A stretch of 33,830 bases of DNA from an uncultured Bacteroides sp. (GCA_964555345.1 CAZKRV010000002.1:8417-42246); one strand, 5' to 3'. Numbered from the stretch's first letter, positions 16,803 to 27,042 are shown. Made by a program: numbers and translations. The notes: generated by a model not told the origin, from the sequence alone.

Positions 16803-18260
16803 ATGAAGCACCTCCTTGAACTTCTCCGGTCCACCCGCGTTACCCGCACCATCGGACCCAAAAATCCTGAAATCACAGCCATCACGTTCGATTCCCGCAA
16901 CGTGACACCCGGCTCACTCTTCGTAGCTATCAAAGGCACGTCGGTCGACGGCCATACTTTCATTCCACTGCTCGAACCTTCGGGGGTAGCCGCCATCGTG
17001 TGCGAACAGCTTCCCGAAAAGGTGGCACCCCACATCACATATGTGGTTGTGCCCGACTCGTCAATAGCTCTCGGCGAGATCGCTTCCGAGTGGTATGACC
17101 ACCCCTCACGCAAACTGAAGCTGGTAGGCGTGACCGGCACCAACGGCAAGACCACCACCGCCACCCTCATCTATGAGATGGCCCGCCTGCTCGGCCACAA
17201 GGCCGGTCTGCTCTCCACCGTGTGCAACTACATTGAGACTACCACCGTCCCGACCAACCAGACCACACCCGACGCGGTCAGCATCAACCGGCTGCTGGCG
17301 CAGATGGTCGAAGCAGGCTGCACCTATGCAGCCATGGAGGTAAGCTCCCACGCCGCCCATCAGCACCGCATAGCCGGACTCACATTCGCCGGAGGCATAT
17401 TCACCAACCTGACCCGTGACCATCTGGACTATCACAAGACTGTCGACGCATATCTCAAGGCCAAGAAGTCATTTTTCGACGGACTGCCCGCATCGGCCTT
17501 CGCTCTGACCAACGCCGACGACAAAGTGGGACTGGTCATGCTCCAGAACTGCGCAGCTGACCGCCGCACCTACTCGCTCCGCTCCATGGCCGACTATCGC
17601 GGCCAGATCGTAGAGAGCCGCATTGACGGCACCCTGCTCAGCCTCAACGGCCACGAAGTCGAGACTCTATTCACCGGACGCTTCAATGCCTACAACCTCA
17701 CCGCAGTCTACGGTGCCTGCTGTCTGCTCGGCTGGGATCAGGAGGAAGTGTTGCGCAACATCAGCCGCCTCGTACCGGTTGCCGGACGCTTCCAGGCATT
17801 CCGCTCCAAAGGTGGAGTGACAGCCATCGTGGACTATGCCCACACTCCCGACGCAGTGGTCAACGTGCTCCAAGCCATACGTGAAGTTAAGCCTCGCCGC
17901 ATCATCACAGTGGTCGGCGCTGGTGGTAACCGCGATGCCGGCAAGCGCCCCATCATGGCAGCCGAGGCCGCCCGTCTGTCAGACCACGTGATACTCACCT
18001 CCGACAATCCTCGCTTCGAGGATCCCCGCGCCATTCTGGCCGACATGGAAGCCGGACTCACCGAAGGCGACTCGCGCCAGCGCTCCACCGTGATAGTAGA
18101 CCGCCGCGAAGCCATAGCTGCCGCTGCCGCCATGGCCGAATCCGGCGACGTGATCCTGATAGCAGGCAAGGGCCATGAGGATTATCAGGAAGTGGAAGGG
18201 GGGAAACACCACTTCGATGACCGCGAGGTGATCACTGAAATATTTGCCGCCCAAGCCTGA
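16803..18260 (+). CDS. murE: UDP-N-acetylmuramoyl-L-alanyl-D-glutamate--2,6-diaminopimelate ligase
   Basis: 485 aa with GVTGTNGKTTT, and DNPR (TSDNPRFEDP), which is diagnostic for meso-DAP specificity. GKGHEDYQ is also present. Confidence 0.95.
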   Translation: MKHLLELLRSTRVTRTIGPKNPEITAITFDSRNVTPGSLFVAIKGTSVDGHTFIPLLEPSGVAAIVCEQLPEKVAPHITYVVVPDSSIALGEIASEWYDHPSRKLKLVGVTGTNGKTTTATLIYEMARLLGHKAGLLSTVCNYIETTTVPTNQTTPDAVSINRLLAQMVEAGCTYAAMEVSSHAAHQHRIAGLTFAGGIFTNLTRDHLDYHKTVDAYLKAKKSFFDGLPASAFALTNADDKVGLVMLQNCAADRRTYSLRSMADYRGQIVESRIDGTLLSLNGHEVETLFTGRFNAYNLTAVYGACCLLGWDQEEVLRNISRLVPVAGRFQAFRSKGGVTAIVDYAHTPDAVVNVLQAIREVKPRRIITVVGAGGNRDAGKRPIMAAEAARLSDHVILTSDNPRFEDPRAILADMEAGLTEGDSRQRSTVIVDRREAIAAAAAMAESGDVILIAGKGHEDYQEVEGGKHHFDDREVITEIFAAQA

Positions 18261-19531
18261 TGTTCTACTATCTCTTTTCTGATCTGGGACTTTGCGGCGA
18301 AACCTTTGCCCGCTTGTCAGGCTACGTGACGGTACGTTCCGTGGCGGCTTTCATCGTGGCCCTGCTATGTGCCACTCTACTCGGCAAAAAGATTATCCGA
18401 CGACTGCAACTGATGCAGATGGGCGAGATAGTGCGCAATCTCGGACTCGAAGGTCAGGTGAGCAAACAAGGCACTCCAACCATGGGAGGACTCATCATCA
18501 TTCTGGCCATAGTGATACCGTGTGTGCTCTTCGCCAACCTCAGCAATATCTATATGCTGCTGATGCTGGTGTCAACCATATGGCTCGGTGCACTCGGATT
18601 TGCCGACGACTACCTGAAATTCCGCCGCCACAATAAAGACGGTATGTCGGGCAAGTTCAAGATCATCGGTCAGGTGGGTCTAGGCTTGATCGTAGGCCTC
18701 ACCATGTATTTCAGCCCTGACATAACCATACGCGAAAACACCGCCTACAGCATAGCTGACCCGGCCGTGGCCACCGAGATGGTAGTGGTGAACGAAGGCA
18801 GTGATGTCAAGACCACTGTTACTACAATTCCATTTGTCAAGGACAATAACTTCGACTACTCGGTGCTCACATCATGGATGGGCGACTATGCCGAGACCGG
18901 AGGCTGGGTGCTCTTCATCATAGTAGTGATTCTGGCAGTGGCCGCAACCTCCAACGGTGCCAACCTGACCGACGGCATTGACGGACTGGCCACAGGTGTC
19001 AGTGCCATAATAGGTGTGGCGCTGCTCATCATGGCCTACCTTGGCTCCAACATCATATATTCGACCTATCTCAACATCATGTATATCCCCGGTTCGGAGG
19101 AGCTGGTGGTCTACATGGCTGCGTTCATCGGAGCGCTGATAGGCTTCCTATGGTATAATTCATTCCCGGCCGAGGTGTTTATGGGCGACACCGGCTCGCT
19201 GACCCTCGGGGGCATCATAGCCGTGTTTGCTATACTGATCCACAAGGAGTTGCTCATTCCCCTGCTCTGCGCCGTATTCTTCATTGAAGACCTGTCGGTG
19301 ATGATTCAGACAAGCTACTTCAAATTCACCAAACGTAAATATGGCGAAGGGCGGAGAGTGTTCAAGATGGCACCGCTCCATCATCACTTCCAGAAAAAGG
19401 CTCAACCCGGAGCCAACGTCGTGCTAAACACTCCGGCTGAGGGTATGCACGAAGCCAAGATCACGATCCGGTTCTGGATCATATCCATAATTCTGGCAGC
19501 TTTGACATTCGCCACCCTTAAGATCCGATAA
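18260..19531 (+). CDS. mraY: Phospho-N-acetylmuramoyl-pentapeptide transferase
   Basis: 423 aa polytopic protein with KQGTPTMGG, GFADDYLK, NGANLTDGIDGLA, MGDTGSL and APLHHHF. Confidence 0.95.
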   Translation: MFYYLFSDLGLCGETFARLSGYVTVRSVAAFIVALLCATLLGKKIIRRLQLMQMGEIVRNLGLEGQVSKQGTPTMGGLIIILAIVIPCVLFANLSNIYMLLMLVSTIWLGALGFADDYLKFRRHNKDGMSGKFKIIGQVGLGLIVGLTMYFSPDITIRENTAYSIADPAVATEMVVVNEGSDVKTTVTTIPFVKDNNFDYSVLTSWMGDYAETGGWVLFIIVVILAVAATSNGANLTDGIDGLATGVSAIIGVALLIMAYLGSNIIYSTYLNIMYIPGSEELVVYMAAFIGALIGFLWYNSFPAEVFMGDTGSLTLGGIIAVFAILIHKELLIPLLCAVFFIEDLSVMIQTSYFKFTKRKYGEGRRVFKMAPLHHHFQKKAQPGANVVLNTPAEGMHEAKITIRFWIISIILAALTFATLKIR

Positions 19532-19573
19532 AAACCAATATAGTATCAACCACAAAACTCTAAATATATAATA

Positions 19574-20944
19574 ATGTCATCATCTAATGGTAAGAAGCGT
19601 CTGGTAGTGCTCGGCGGCGGTGAGTCCGGTGTCGGAGCCGCCATACTCGGCAAGGACCGCGGTTTTGATGTGTTTCTTTCCGACTCCGGTGTCATAGCCC
19701 AGCATTTCCGCGAGCAACTTGACGGCGAGGGTATAGCCTGGGAAGATGGAGGTCACACCCCTGAACTTATTCTCAATGCAGACGAAGTAGTGAAGAGTCC
19801 CGGCATACCGCCGACGGCTCCGCTCGTCATGCAACTTATCGAAAAGGGAGTGCCTGTGATTTCCGAGATTGAGCTTGCAGGACGCTTCACCAAATCTAAG
19901 ATGGTGTGCATCACAGGCTCCAACGGCAAGACCACCACGACCATGCTGATCTACCACATACTGCGCTCGGCAGGAATAGATGCCGGACTGGCCGGTAACG
20001 TAGGCCGATCGCTGGCGTTGCAGGTGGCCCGCGAACCTCACGCTGTCTATGTAGTGGAATTGAGTAGCTTCCAGCTTGAAAATATGTATGAGTTCAAGGC
20101 TAATATCGCCGTGATGCTCAATATCACTCCTGACCATCTTGACCGCTATGAATATGAGATGCAGAACTATATCAATGCCAAGTTCCGCATAATCCGCAAC
20201 ATGACTCCCCATGATGCGTTCATATTCTGGCAAGATGACCCCGTCATACGCCGCCAGATGGAGCACGTGGCCACCGAAGCCCGCCTCATTCCTTTCGCCG
20301 AAACCGAAGAGGAAAATACCAAAGCTTATATCGACGCAGAAAACGAACTGGTGATCAACGCCGAAAATTCGCCGCTGGTGATGCCGCGCGCCGATCTGGC
20401 CCTCAACGGGCTCCACAATCTCTACAACGCTATGGCCGCCGGTCTGTCGGCTTCGCTGCTCCACGTGAAAAACGATGACATACGTCGCGCCCTCTCCGAC
20501 TTCGAGGGGGTGGAGCACCGCCTCGAATACGTGGCCACCATCGACTCCGTGCGCTGGATCAACGATTCAAAGGCCACAAACGTCAACTCTTGCTGGTATG
20601 CGCTCGAAAGTATGCCGAATGAGAAGTCTACAGTGCTGATACTCGGCGGCAAGGACAAGGGCAACGACTACTCTGAGATCCTTCCCCTGGTTCAGCGTAA
20701 GGTCAAGACCATCGTGGCCATGGGACTGCACAATGAGAAGATCGAAGAGTTTTTCGGCCCGCATGTGGAGGTGATCTCCACCCACTCGCTCGCCGATGCC
20801 ATAGAAGCTTCGGCTAAAGCCGCAGCTCCGGGCGACACTGTGCTGCTCAGCCCATGCTGCGCCAGCTTCGACCTCTTTCACTCCTATGAGGAACGCGGCT
20901 CTCTGTTCAAGGAGGGTGTGCGGAAACTCGCCGGCAATAAATAA
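19574..20944 (+). CDS. murD: UDP-N-acetylmuramoylalanine--D-glutamate ligase
   Basis: 456 aa with LVVLGGGESGVGAA (Rossmann), ITGSNGKTTT, NITPDHLDRY, NDSKATN and a Mur ligase C-terminal domain. Confidence 0.95.
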   Translation: MSSSNGKKRLVVLGGGESGVGAAILGKDRGFDVFLSDSGVIAQHFREQLDGEGIAWEDGGHTPELILNADEVVKSPGIPPTAPLVMQLIEKGVPVISEIELAGRFTKSKMVCITGSNGKTTTTMLIYHILRSAGIDAGLAGNVGRSLALQVAREPHAVYVVELSSFQLENMYEFKANIAVMLNITPDHLDRYEYEMQNYINAKFRIIRNMTPHDAFIFWQDDPVIRRQMEHVATEARLIPFAETEEENTKAYIDAENELVINAENSPLVMPRADLALNGLHNLYNAMAAGLSASLLHVKNDDIRRALSDFEGVEHRLEYVATIDSVRWINDSKATNVNSCWYALESMPNEKSTVLILGGKDKGNDYSEILPLVQRKVKTIVAMGLHNEKIEEFFGPHVEVISTHSLADAIEASAKAAAPGDTVLLSPCCASFDLFHSYEERGSLFKEGVRKLAGNK

Positions 20945-20982
20945 TCACTGACTCTCTCACTATATAAACCGATCATTAACCC

Positions 20983-22317
20983 TTGGCTTACAGAAGAACT
21001 GACGGCACACAAGCCACAGCCATAACACCGACCGCCACCATAGAACCACAGGCCGACGCTCCCGTATCGGCTACTCCGGTCAATCCGCCCGACACCCACA
21101 TCTGGGGCGTATACGGTGCCATAGTGTTCCTGTCTATCGTGGAACTCTACAGCGCATCATCTTTCGAGATATCCCGCCAGGGCCTTTATGGTCCGCTGCT
21201 GCGCCACGTCAGCTTCCTATTCATCGGCTTCCTGATAATACTCGGACTGCAGCGCGTACACTACCGCTGGTTCCGGCCTATGTCGAAGTTGCTCTGGGGA
21301 TTCAGTGCACTGGCCATGGTCTACGTGATGTTTTTCGGCGAGTACGTCAATGGTGCGCGCCGCGCCATGTCGCTCGGCTTCATGTCGCTCCAGCCTGCTG
21401 AATTCATCAAGATAACCACGGTATTGATGATATCTGTGATCCTTAGCGGAACCCAGCTCAAAAAGTCGGTGGGCCTGCGCAACCGAGGCATAATCCTTGC
21501 CGCGCTGGTGGTGATCGTATCGGGCGGGCTGCTGTTTACGCAGGGCCTGACCAATACCCTGCTGCTCATGTCGATCAGCGTGTCGGCCATGCTGATCGGA
21601 GCTATTGAATGGCGTAAGTTCCTGGTGGTGATCGGAGTCTATGCTCTGGTAGGTGTCGCGGCCATGGGCGTGAAGATGGCCATGACCAAAGATGACGCAG
21701 GCCAGGATCAAATCCTGGAACTGTTTGACGCGCAAGGCAACAAATATTTGATTCAAGACGCAAAGGCTACCTCAGACGGAGAGACTTCACGCATGGTCGA
21801 CAACACATGGAAGGGCCGCATCAAAAGCTGGGTCGGTGACTCCGTACCTAAATATGACCAGCCCCTCACACAGAAAAATCTGCAGGAAATGCGGTCATAT
21901 ATGGCTCAGGCACGAGGAGGATTGATCGGAGTGTTCCCCGGCAACTCGCGCGAGACGGCCCGTCTTCCCCTCGCCTTCTCTGACTACATATTCGCCATCA
22001 TAGTCGAAGACCTCGGACTGATAGGTGGGCTGTTGATCATGGTCCTGTATCTATGGCTGCTCGCGCGCGCCTACTACATCGCGGCCAAGTGCCGTGAACC
22101 ATTCCCGGCTTTCCTCGTCACCGGTATGGCGGTCCTGATCACTTTCCAAGCCCTGTGTCACATGGCCATAGTGTCGGGAGCCGGTCCGGTATCGGGTCAG
22201 CCGCTACCTCTTTTCTCAAAAGGCGGCACCAGCATACTCGTGACCTCGCTCGCCTTCGGCATCATGCTCAGCGTGAGCCGCTATGCGGTGCGTGAAGATA
22301 AAATCACTGATAAATAA
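20983..22317 (+). CDS. ftsW: SEDS-family peptidoglycan glycosyltransferase FtsW
   Basis: 444 aa with about 10 TM helices and motifs LYSASS, LQPAEFIKI, DYIFAIIVEDLG and PLPLFSKGGTS. The only start upstream of TM1 is TTG at 20983, 1 codon after an in-frame TAA. It sits at the canonical dcw position between murD and murG. Confidence 0.88.
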   Translation: MAYRRTDGTQATAITPTATIEPQADAPVSATPVNPPDTHIWGVYGAIVFLSIVELYSASSFEISRQGLYGPLLRHVSFLFIGFLIILGLQRVHYRWFRPMSKLLWGFSALAMVYVMFFGEYVNGARRAMSLGFMSLQPAEFIKITTVLMISVILSGTQLKKSVGLRNRGIILAALVVIVSGGLLFTQGLTNTLLLMSISVSAMLIGAIEWRKFLVVIGVYALVGVAAMGVKMAMTKDDAGQDQILELFDAQGNKYLIQDAKATSDGETSRMVDNTWKGRIKSWVGDSVPKYDQPLTQKNLQEMRSYMAQARGGLIGVFPGNSRETARLPLAFSDYIFAIIVEDLGLIGGLLIMVLYLWLLARAYYIAAKCREPFPAFLVTGMAVLITFQALCHMAIVSGAGPVSGQPLPLFSKGGTSILVTSLAFGIMLSVSRYAVREDKITDK

Positions 22318-22332
22318 ACACCTGACGACAAT

Positions 22333-23421
22333 ATGAAATACCTGATCAGCGGCGGTGGCACCGGAGGCCACATATTCCCGGCCCTCTCGATAGCAGGCGC
22401 ATTGCGCCGTCGCCAACCTGACTGCGAAATACTTTACGTCGGCGCACTCGGACGCATGGAGATGGAGCGGGTGCCCGCAGCAGGCTATAAGATCGTGGGA
22501 CTGCCTGTAGCCGGATTTGACCGCAAGCGCTTATGGCGCAACTTCGGCGTGCTGATCAAGCTTTGGAAGTCGATGCGTCTGGCTCGCAAGACTCTGAAAG
22601 AATTCCGCCCCGACGTGGTGATCGGCGTGGGAGGCTATGCCTCCGGCCCTGTGCTGAAAGAGGCGCAGAAGATGGGAATACCCACACTGATTCAGGAACA
22701 GAATTCCTATGCCGGTGTCACCAACAAGCTGCTCGGCCACAAGGCCGGAGCAGTGTGCGTGGCCTACGACGGAATGGAGCGCTTCTTCCCGGCAGACCGC
22801 ATAGTGCTGACCGGCAATCCTGTCAGAGCCGATCTGCTTGCCTGTCGCCTGTCGCAGCAGGAAGCGAAGGTGAAACTCGGCTTCCCGGCCAACAAGACCC
22901 TTGTGCTGGTGGTCGGCGGATCGCTCGGTGCCCGCACCATCAATGAAAGCATTGCGGCAGGACTGCCACGACTGGCCGAAGCCGGTCTCAGCATGATGTG
23001 GCAGACTGGTAAGCTCTATGCCAATCAGTTCGTGCCCATGACCGAAAACTATCCACGCATCCATGCGTCGGCCTTCATCTCCGACATGGCCACAGCCTAC
23101 CGGGCCGCCGACCTTGTGGTGTCGCGCGCGGGAGCGGGCACAATCTCCGAGCTCCAGCTGCTCGGCAAGGCTGCCATATTGGTGCCCTCGCCCAACGTGG
23201 CCGAAGATCATCAGCGCAGAAACGCCGAAGCACTCGTCAGACAGGGTGCGGCCATAATGGTGGCCGATGCCGACGCTCCCGACACTCTGGTCACGACCAT
23301 CATAGAGCTGGCTGCAGATTGGAAGCAAGTGAACGAACTCGGACTGAACGCCCTGAAAATGGCTCTGCCTGGAGCCGATGAACTTATCGTTGACAAAATT
23401 CAAGAATTATGCAGGAAGTGA
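22333..23421 (+). CDS. murG: UDP-N-acetylglucosamine--N-acetylmuramyl-(pentapeptide) pyrophosphoryl-undecaprenol GlcNAc transferase
   Basis: 362 aa with SGGGTGGHIFPAL, GGYASGP, VVGGSLGA, SRAGAGTISE and HQRRNA. Confidence 0.95.
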   Translation: MKYLISGGGTGGHIFPALSIAGALRRRQPDCEILYVGALGRMEMERVPAAGYKIVGLPVAGFDRKRLWRNFGVLIKLWKSMRLARKTLKEFRPDVVIGVGGYASGPVLKEAQKMGIPTLIQEQNSYAGVTNKLLGHKAGAVCVAYDGMERFFPADRIVLTGNPVRADLLACRLSQQEAKVKLGFPANKTLVLVVGGSLGARTINESIAAGLPRLAEAGLSMMWQTGKLYANQFVPMTENYPRIHASAFISDMATAYRAADLVVSRAGAGTISELQLLGKAAILVPSPNVAEDHQRRNAEALVRQGAAIMVADADAPDTLVTTIIELAADWKQVNELGLNALKMALPGADELIVDKIQELCRK

Positions 23422-24791
23422 ATCAAGAAAAAGACAGAATATATTTTGTCGGTGCCGGAGGCATCGGCATGGCAGCCCTCGAACGCTATTTCCTTGCACG
23501 AGGATGCCGAGTGGCCGGATATGACCGCACACCGTCGGATCTCACTCTGGCGCTTGAGTCGGAGGGAGTACGCATAGCCTACGAGGAGGACCCTGAACTG
23601 ATTCCCGAAGATTTCCGCGATCCGAAACGCACCTTGGTTGTCTACACTCCGGCAGTGCCTGAATCACACGCCGGACTGAAATATTTCCGCGAGGGAGGAT
23701 TCGAGGTGGTGAAGCGCGCTGCAGTGCTCGGACGCGTGACGCGCGAGAAGAATGCGATCTGCTTTGCCGGCACCCATGGCAAGACCACTACAAGCTCAAT
23801 GGCGGCACATCTGCTCAAGGATTCCGGCACCGGGTGCAACGCATTTCTTGGCGGTGTGCTCCGCAATTACGGCACCAACTATCTGCTTGACGAAAGTTCC
23901 GATTTCGCAGTAATCGAAGCTGATGAATATGACCGCTCCTTCCACCACCTGACTCCGTCGGTAGCGGTGATCACCAGCACCGATCCTGACCATCTTGACA
24001 TATACGGGACCGAAGAGGCTTATCTGGAGAGTTTCGCACACTTCACCGAGCTGATACGTCCGGAAGGCACGTTGCTGATCCACACAGGGCTCAAGGTGAA
24101 ACCGCGCGTGGCACCCGGAGTGAAGGTGCTGACCTACGGATCGGCCGAAGGCGACTTCCATGCCACAAATATCGACATATCCAACGGCCACATAACCTTC
24201 GACATGGTAACTCCTGATTCCGTGATACGTCACATATCGCTCGGAGTACCCGTGGAGATCAACATCGAGAACGCCATAGCCGCATGTGCCGCAGTAATCC
24301 TGGCCGCTGGTACCCGCATCAGCCCTGACGATGTGCGCCGTGCCATGGCATCATTCCTCGGGGCCAAACGCCGCTTCGAGTTCTATCTCCGCGAACCGGG
24401 CCGTGCCATCATTGATGATTATGCCCATCACCCCGACGAACTCCGCGCCTCGATCCGCTCGGTGCGTCGCCTCTATCCCGACCGCAAGCTGACGGTGGTG
24501 TTTCAGCCTCACCTCTTCTCGCGCACCCGCGACTTCGCGCCTGATTTTGCTGAAGCCTTATCCATGGCCGACAGGGTGATACTACTGCCTATCTATCCCG
24601 CGCGCGAGCTCCCGATGGAGGGGGTTACCTCCTCGCTGATCCTTGATGCGGTAACCTGCGCCGACAAGCGTCTGGCTGACCGCGAAGAGATCCCCGCACT
24701 GATGGCGGAACTGAAACCAGAGATCCTGCTGACCGTAGGAGCAGGAGATATCAACCTGCTCCTGCCCGACATCGTAAAAGCCATCGGATAA
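23409..24791 (+). CDS. murC: UDP-N-acetylmuramate--L-alanine ligase
   Basis: 460 aa with FVGAGGIGMAALE, AGTHGKTTT, EADEYDRSF, DDYAHHP and FQPHLFSRT. It overlaps the murG 3' end by 13 nt. Confidence 0.95.
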   Translation: MQEVNQEKDRIYFVGAGGIGMAALERYFLARGCRVAGYDRTPSDLTLALESEGVRIAYEEDPELIPEDFRDPKRTLVVYTPAVPESHAGLKYFREGGFEVVKRAAVLGRVTREKNAICFAGTHGKTTTSSMAAHLLKDSGTGCNAFLGGVLRNYGTNYLLDESSDFAVIEADEYDRSFHHLTPSVAVITSTDPDHLDIYGTEEAYLESFAHFTELIRPEGTLLIHTGLKVKPRVAPGVKVLTYGSAEGDFHATNIDISNGHITFDMVTPDSVIRHISLGVPVEINIENAIAACAAVILAAGTRISPDDVRRAMASFLGAKRRFEFYLREPGRAIIDDYAHHPDELRASIRSVRRLYPDRKLTVVFQPHLFSRTRDFAPDFAEALSMADRVILLPIYPARELPMEGVTSSLILDAVTCADKRLADREEIPALMAELKPEILLTVGAGDINLLLPDIVKAIG

Positions 24792-24795
24792 GATA

Positions 24796-25644
24796 ATGAA
24801 TAAACAGAGCATATTCTACGCCATAGCCGCGATAATCCTTGCCGCTTATATAGGAGTGGCGGGGGTGTGGGCCTCGCGTCAGGCACGCGATCAGCTCTGC
24901 ATGGGACTGGAGGGAGGCAGCGTGGAGGTGGTCACGGATCCATCGCGGCCTGACCGCGGGTTCGTTACCCCCGACGAGATGACACGCCAGCTCGGCTCAT
25001 TGGCCCAGACCATGCAGACCATGCCTCTGTCAACCATAGATCTCGACTCGATAGCCCGGTCGCTCAAGCAACTCTCTAATCTGGAAAATGCCACTGTCAA
25101 CCGACTTGCCAACAACAAAGTGCGCATCAGGGTCTATCCGCTCGAACCGCTTGCCAGAATCTGGTCAAAAGACGGGAAAAAGAGCGTATATATCAACCGC
25201 GAGGGCAAGAGAATGGAGGCCGACGCACGCTTCACCATCGACGTGCCGCAGGTCACCGGTAACTTCACCGGCAATTTCAGCCCTGACCGGCTGATCCCGC
25301 TCTTTGACTGGCTCAACCAGCACCCGGAGTGGAATCGCCTGATCACCATGGTGACCGTACGCGACAGTTCCGACGTCATATTGATTCCCGCAATGCGCGG
25401 CCACGTGATCAATTTCGGCCGCATCAGCTCGATTCCCTCGAAATTCGCCAGACTCCAGACATTCTACACCGAAGTGCTTCCGGTTAAAGGCTGGGAATAT
25501 TACGACACAATCTCCGTGAAATGGGACGGTCAGGTCGTGGCCACACGGCGCAAGAACAAACTGCCCCCTACCCGACTTGAGATTATCGAGGAACTCGAAA
25601 ACGAAGGCGACACTCCCGACACAATGGACTCCGCCCCTGTATAG
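24796..25644 (+). CDS. ftsQ: Cell division protein FtsQ/DivIB-like
   Basis: 282 aa with one N-terminal TM helix (IAAIILAAYIGVAGVWA) followed by a POTRA-like/FtsQ-type periplasmic domain. It sits at the canonical position between murC and ftsA. Confidence 0.75.
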   Translation: MNKQSIFYAIAAIILAAYIGVAGVWASRQARDQLCMGLEGGSVEVVTDPSRPDRGFVTPDEMTRQLGSLAQTMQTMPLSTIDLDSIARSLKQLSNLENATVNRLANNKVRIRVYPLEPLARIWSKDGKKSVYINREGKRMEADARFTIDVPQVTGNFTGNFSPDRLIPLFDWLNQHPEWNRLITMVTVRDSSDVILIPAMRGHVINFGRISSIPSKFARLQTFYTEVLPVKGWEYYDTISVKWDGQVVATRRKNKLPPTRLEIIEELENEGDTPDTMDSAPV

Positions 25645-25671
25645 AGAATTTTTAAGCAGAACCACCACATA

Positions 25672-25695
25672 TTACATATATATTTACATATATGA
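25672..25695 (+). repeat. 12-nt tandem direct repeat (TTACATATATAT / TTACATATATGA) embedding the ftsA start codon
   Basis: The first 10 nt of each unit are identical (25672-25681 and 25684-25693). The second unit contains the ftsA ATG (25692-25694). Confidence 0.9.
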
Positions 25696-27023
25696 ACAAT
25701 CATCGAACAATCGTGGCCGTAGAAATCGGCAGCAGCAAAATCAAAGGAGCCGTGGGTGAAGTGTCACCCGACGGCATTCTCACGGTCAAACATATAGAGG
25801 AAGAGCGCCAGTCGCCCAACTTCGTGCGCTACGGCAGCGTGCAGAATGTGAAGGAAGTGGCCAACGTGCTCAACCGCATAGTAATGAAACTCAACAACCG
25901 TATCTCTCCCGCCAAGATATCGGCAGTATATGCCGGAGTCGGCGGGCGCTCCATGATGTCGATACGGCGCCATGTGGAGACCACTCTGCCTGACGACACC
26001 GAGATCACACCGGAGATTGTAAGCGAGATCCTGGGCCGCGCCGAGAACATACCCAATCCGGACCGTCAGGTGGTGGAAACAGTGCTGGGCGAATTCAAGG
26101 TCGACAACATGAAGGTGAACCGTCCGGTCGGCACCATCGGCAGCGCTGTGTCGGCTGAAGTTGAGGTGATAAGTTGCCGTCAGCAGATATTGCGCAATCT
26201 TTCGCTCGCCATCAGCGAGAAACTCGGACTGAAGATCAACGGATATGTGGTGCGGCAGACCGCTATGGCCGATATGGTGCTTAGCGAGGAGGAGAAAGAA
26301 CTCGGGGTGATGCTGGCCGACTGCGGTGCGGAAACCACCACAGTGTCGATCTATAAGGGAGGTTTCCTGATCTCAATGGTGACCATACCTCTTGGTTCAC
26401 GCCATATCACCCGCGACATCATGAGCCGCAACTATTCCGAAGAGCGGGCCGAAGAGCTGAAACGGGCCATAGGCAACGCACTGCCCGACAGCAAGGAAGA
26501 ACGTCAGCACCGCGCCGAAGGGATCGAGAACAGCACGGAGATCAACAACTATGTGGCCGCACGCGCCGGCGAGATCGCCGTCAACATATTGGAACGCATT
26601 AACGAAGCAGGCCTGAGCCCTCAGGATCTGCCCGAGGGCATAGTGGTGGCCGGCGGTGGTTCGCAACTGGCCGGATTCCTCGAACTGCTGATCGAGCAGT
26701 CAGGTCTGCCCGTGCGACGCGCCACAATCCCGTCATCGGTGCGCAGCGGCAGCCTGAAGTTGCATCTCGGCAACGAGATCGACGTGGTGAGCCTTCTCCA
26801 CCATCTGGCTGCCGAACCTGACACACATCAGTGCACCATGGTTCCCGTCGAAGAAAAGCCTGCGGCCCCGGAAACCCCGGAGAACGAAGATCAGGAGAAT
26901 TATATAGAGGAAAAAGTAGGAGGGCGCACCTCCCGCTTGAGCAGAATTTTTATAGAAAAGATACGTGAAATTATCAATCCGACCGACGACGAAGGCGACA
27001 TGGGCTTTGACGACGAGGAATAA
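25692..27023 (+). CDS. ftsA: Cell division protein FtsA (actin-like ATPase)
   Basis: 443 aa with IVAVEIGSSKIKGAVGE (phosphate-1), DCGAETTTVSIY and VVAGGGSQLAGF. A C-terminal amphipathic segment (LSRIFIEKIREII) is followed by an acidic tail. Confidence 0.9.
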   Translation: MNNHRTIVAVEIGSSKIKGAVGEVSPDGILTVKHIEEERQSPNFVRYGSVQNVKEVANVLNRIVMKLNNRISPAKISAVYAGVGGRSMMSIRRHVETTLPDDTEITPEIVSEILGRAENIPNPDRQVVETVLGEFKVDNMKVNRPVGTIGSAVSAEVEVISCRQQILRNLSLAISEKLGLKINGYVVRQTAMADMVLSEEEKELGVMLADCGAETTTVSIYKGGFLISMVTIPLGSRHITRDIMSRNYSEERAEELKRAIGNALPDSKEERQHRAEGIENSTEINNYVAARAGEIAVNILERINEAGLSPQDLPEGIVVAGGGSQLAGFLELLIEQSGLPVRRATIPSSVRSGSLKLHLGNEIDVVSLLHHLAAEPDTHQCTMVPVEEKPAAPETPENEDQENYIEEKVGGRTSRLSRIFIEKIREIINPTDDEGDMGFDDEE

Positions 27024-27042
27024 CTCAAAACCTGAATCACTT

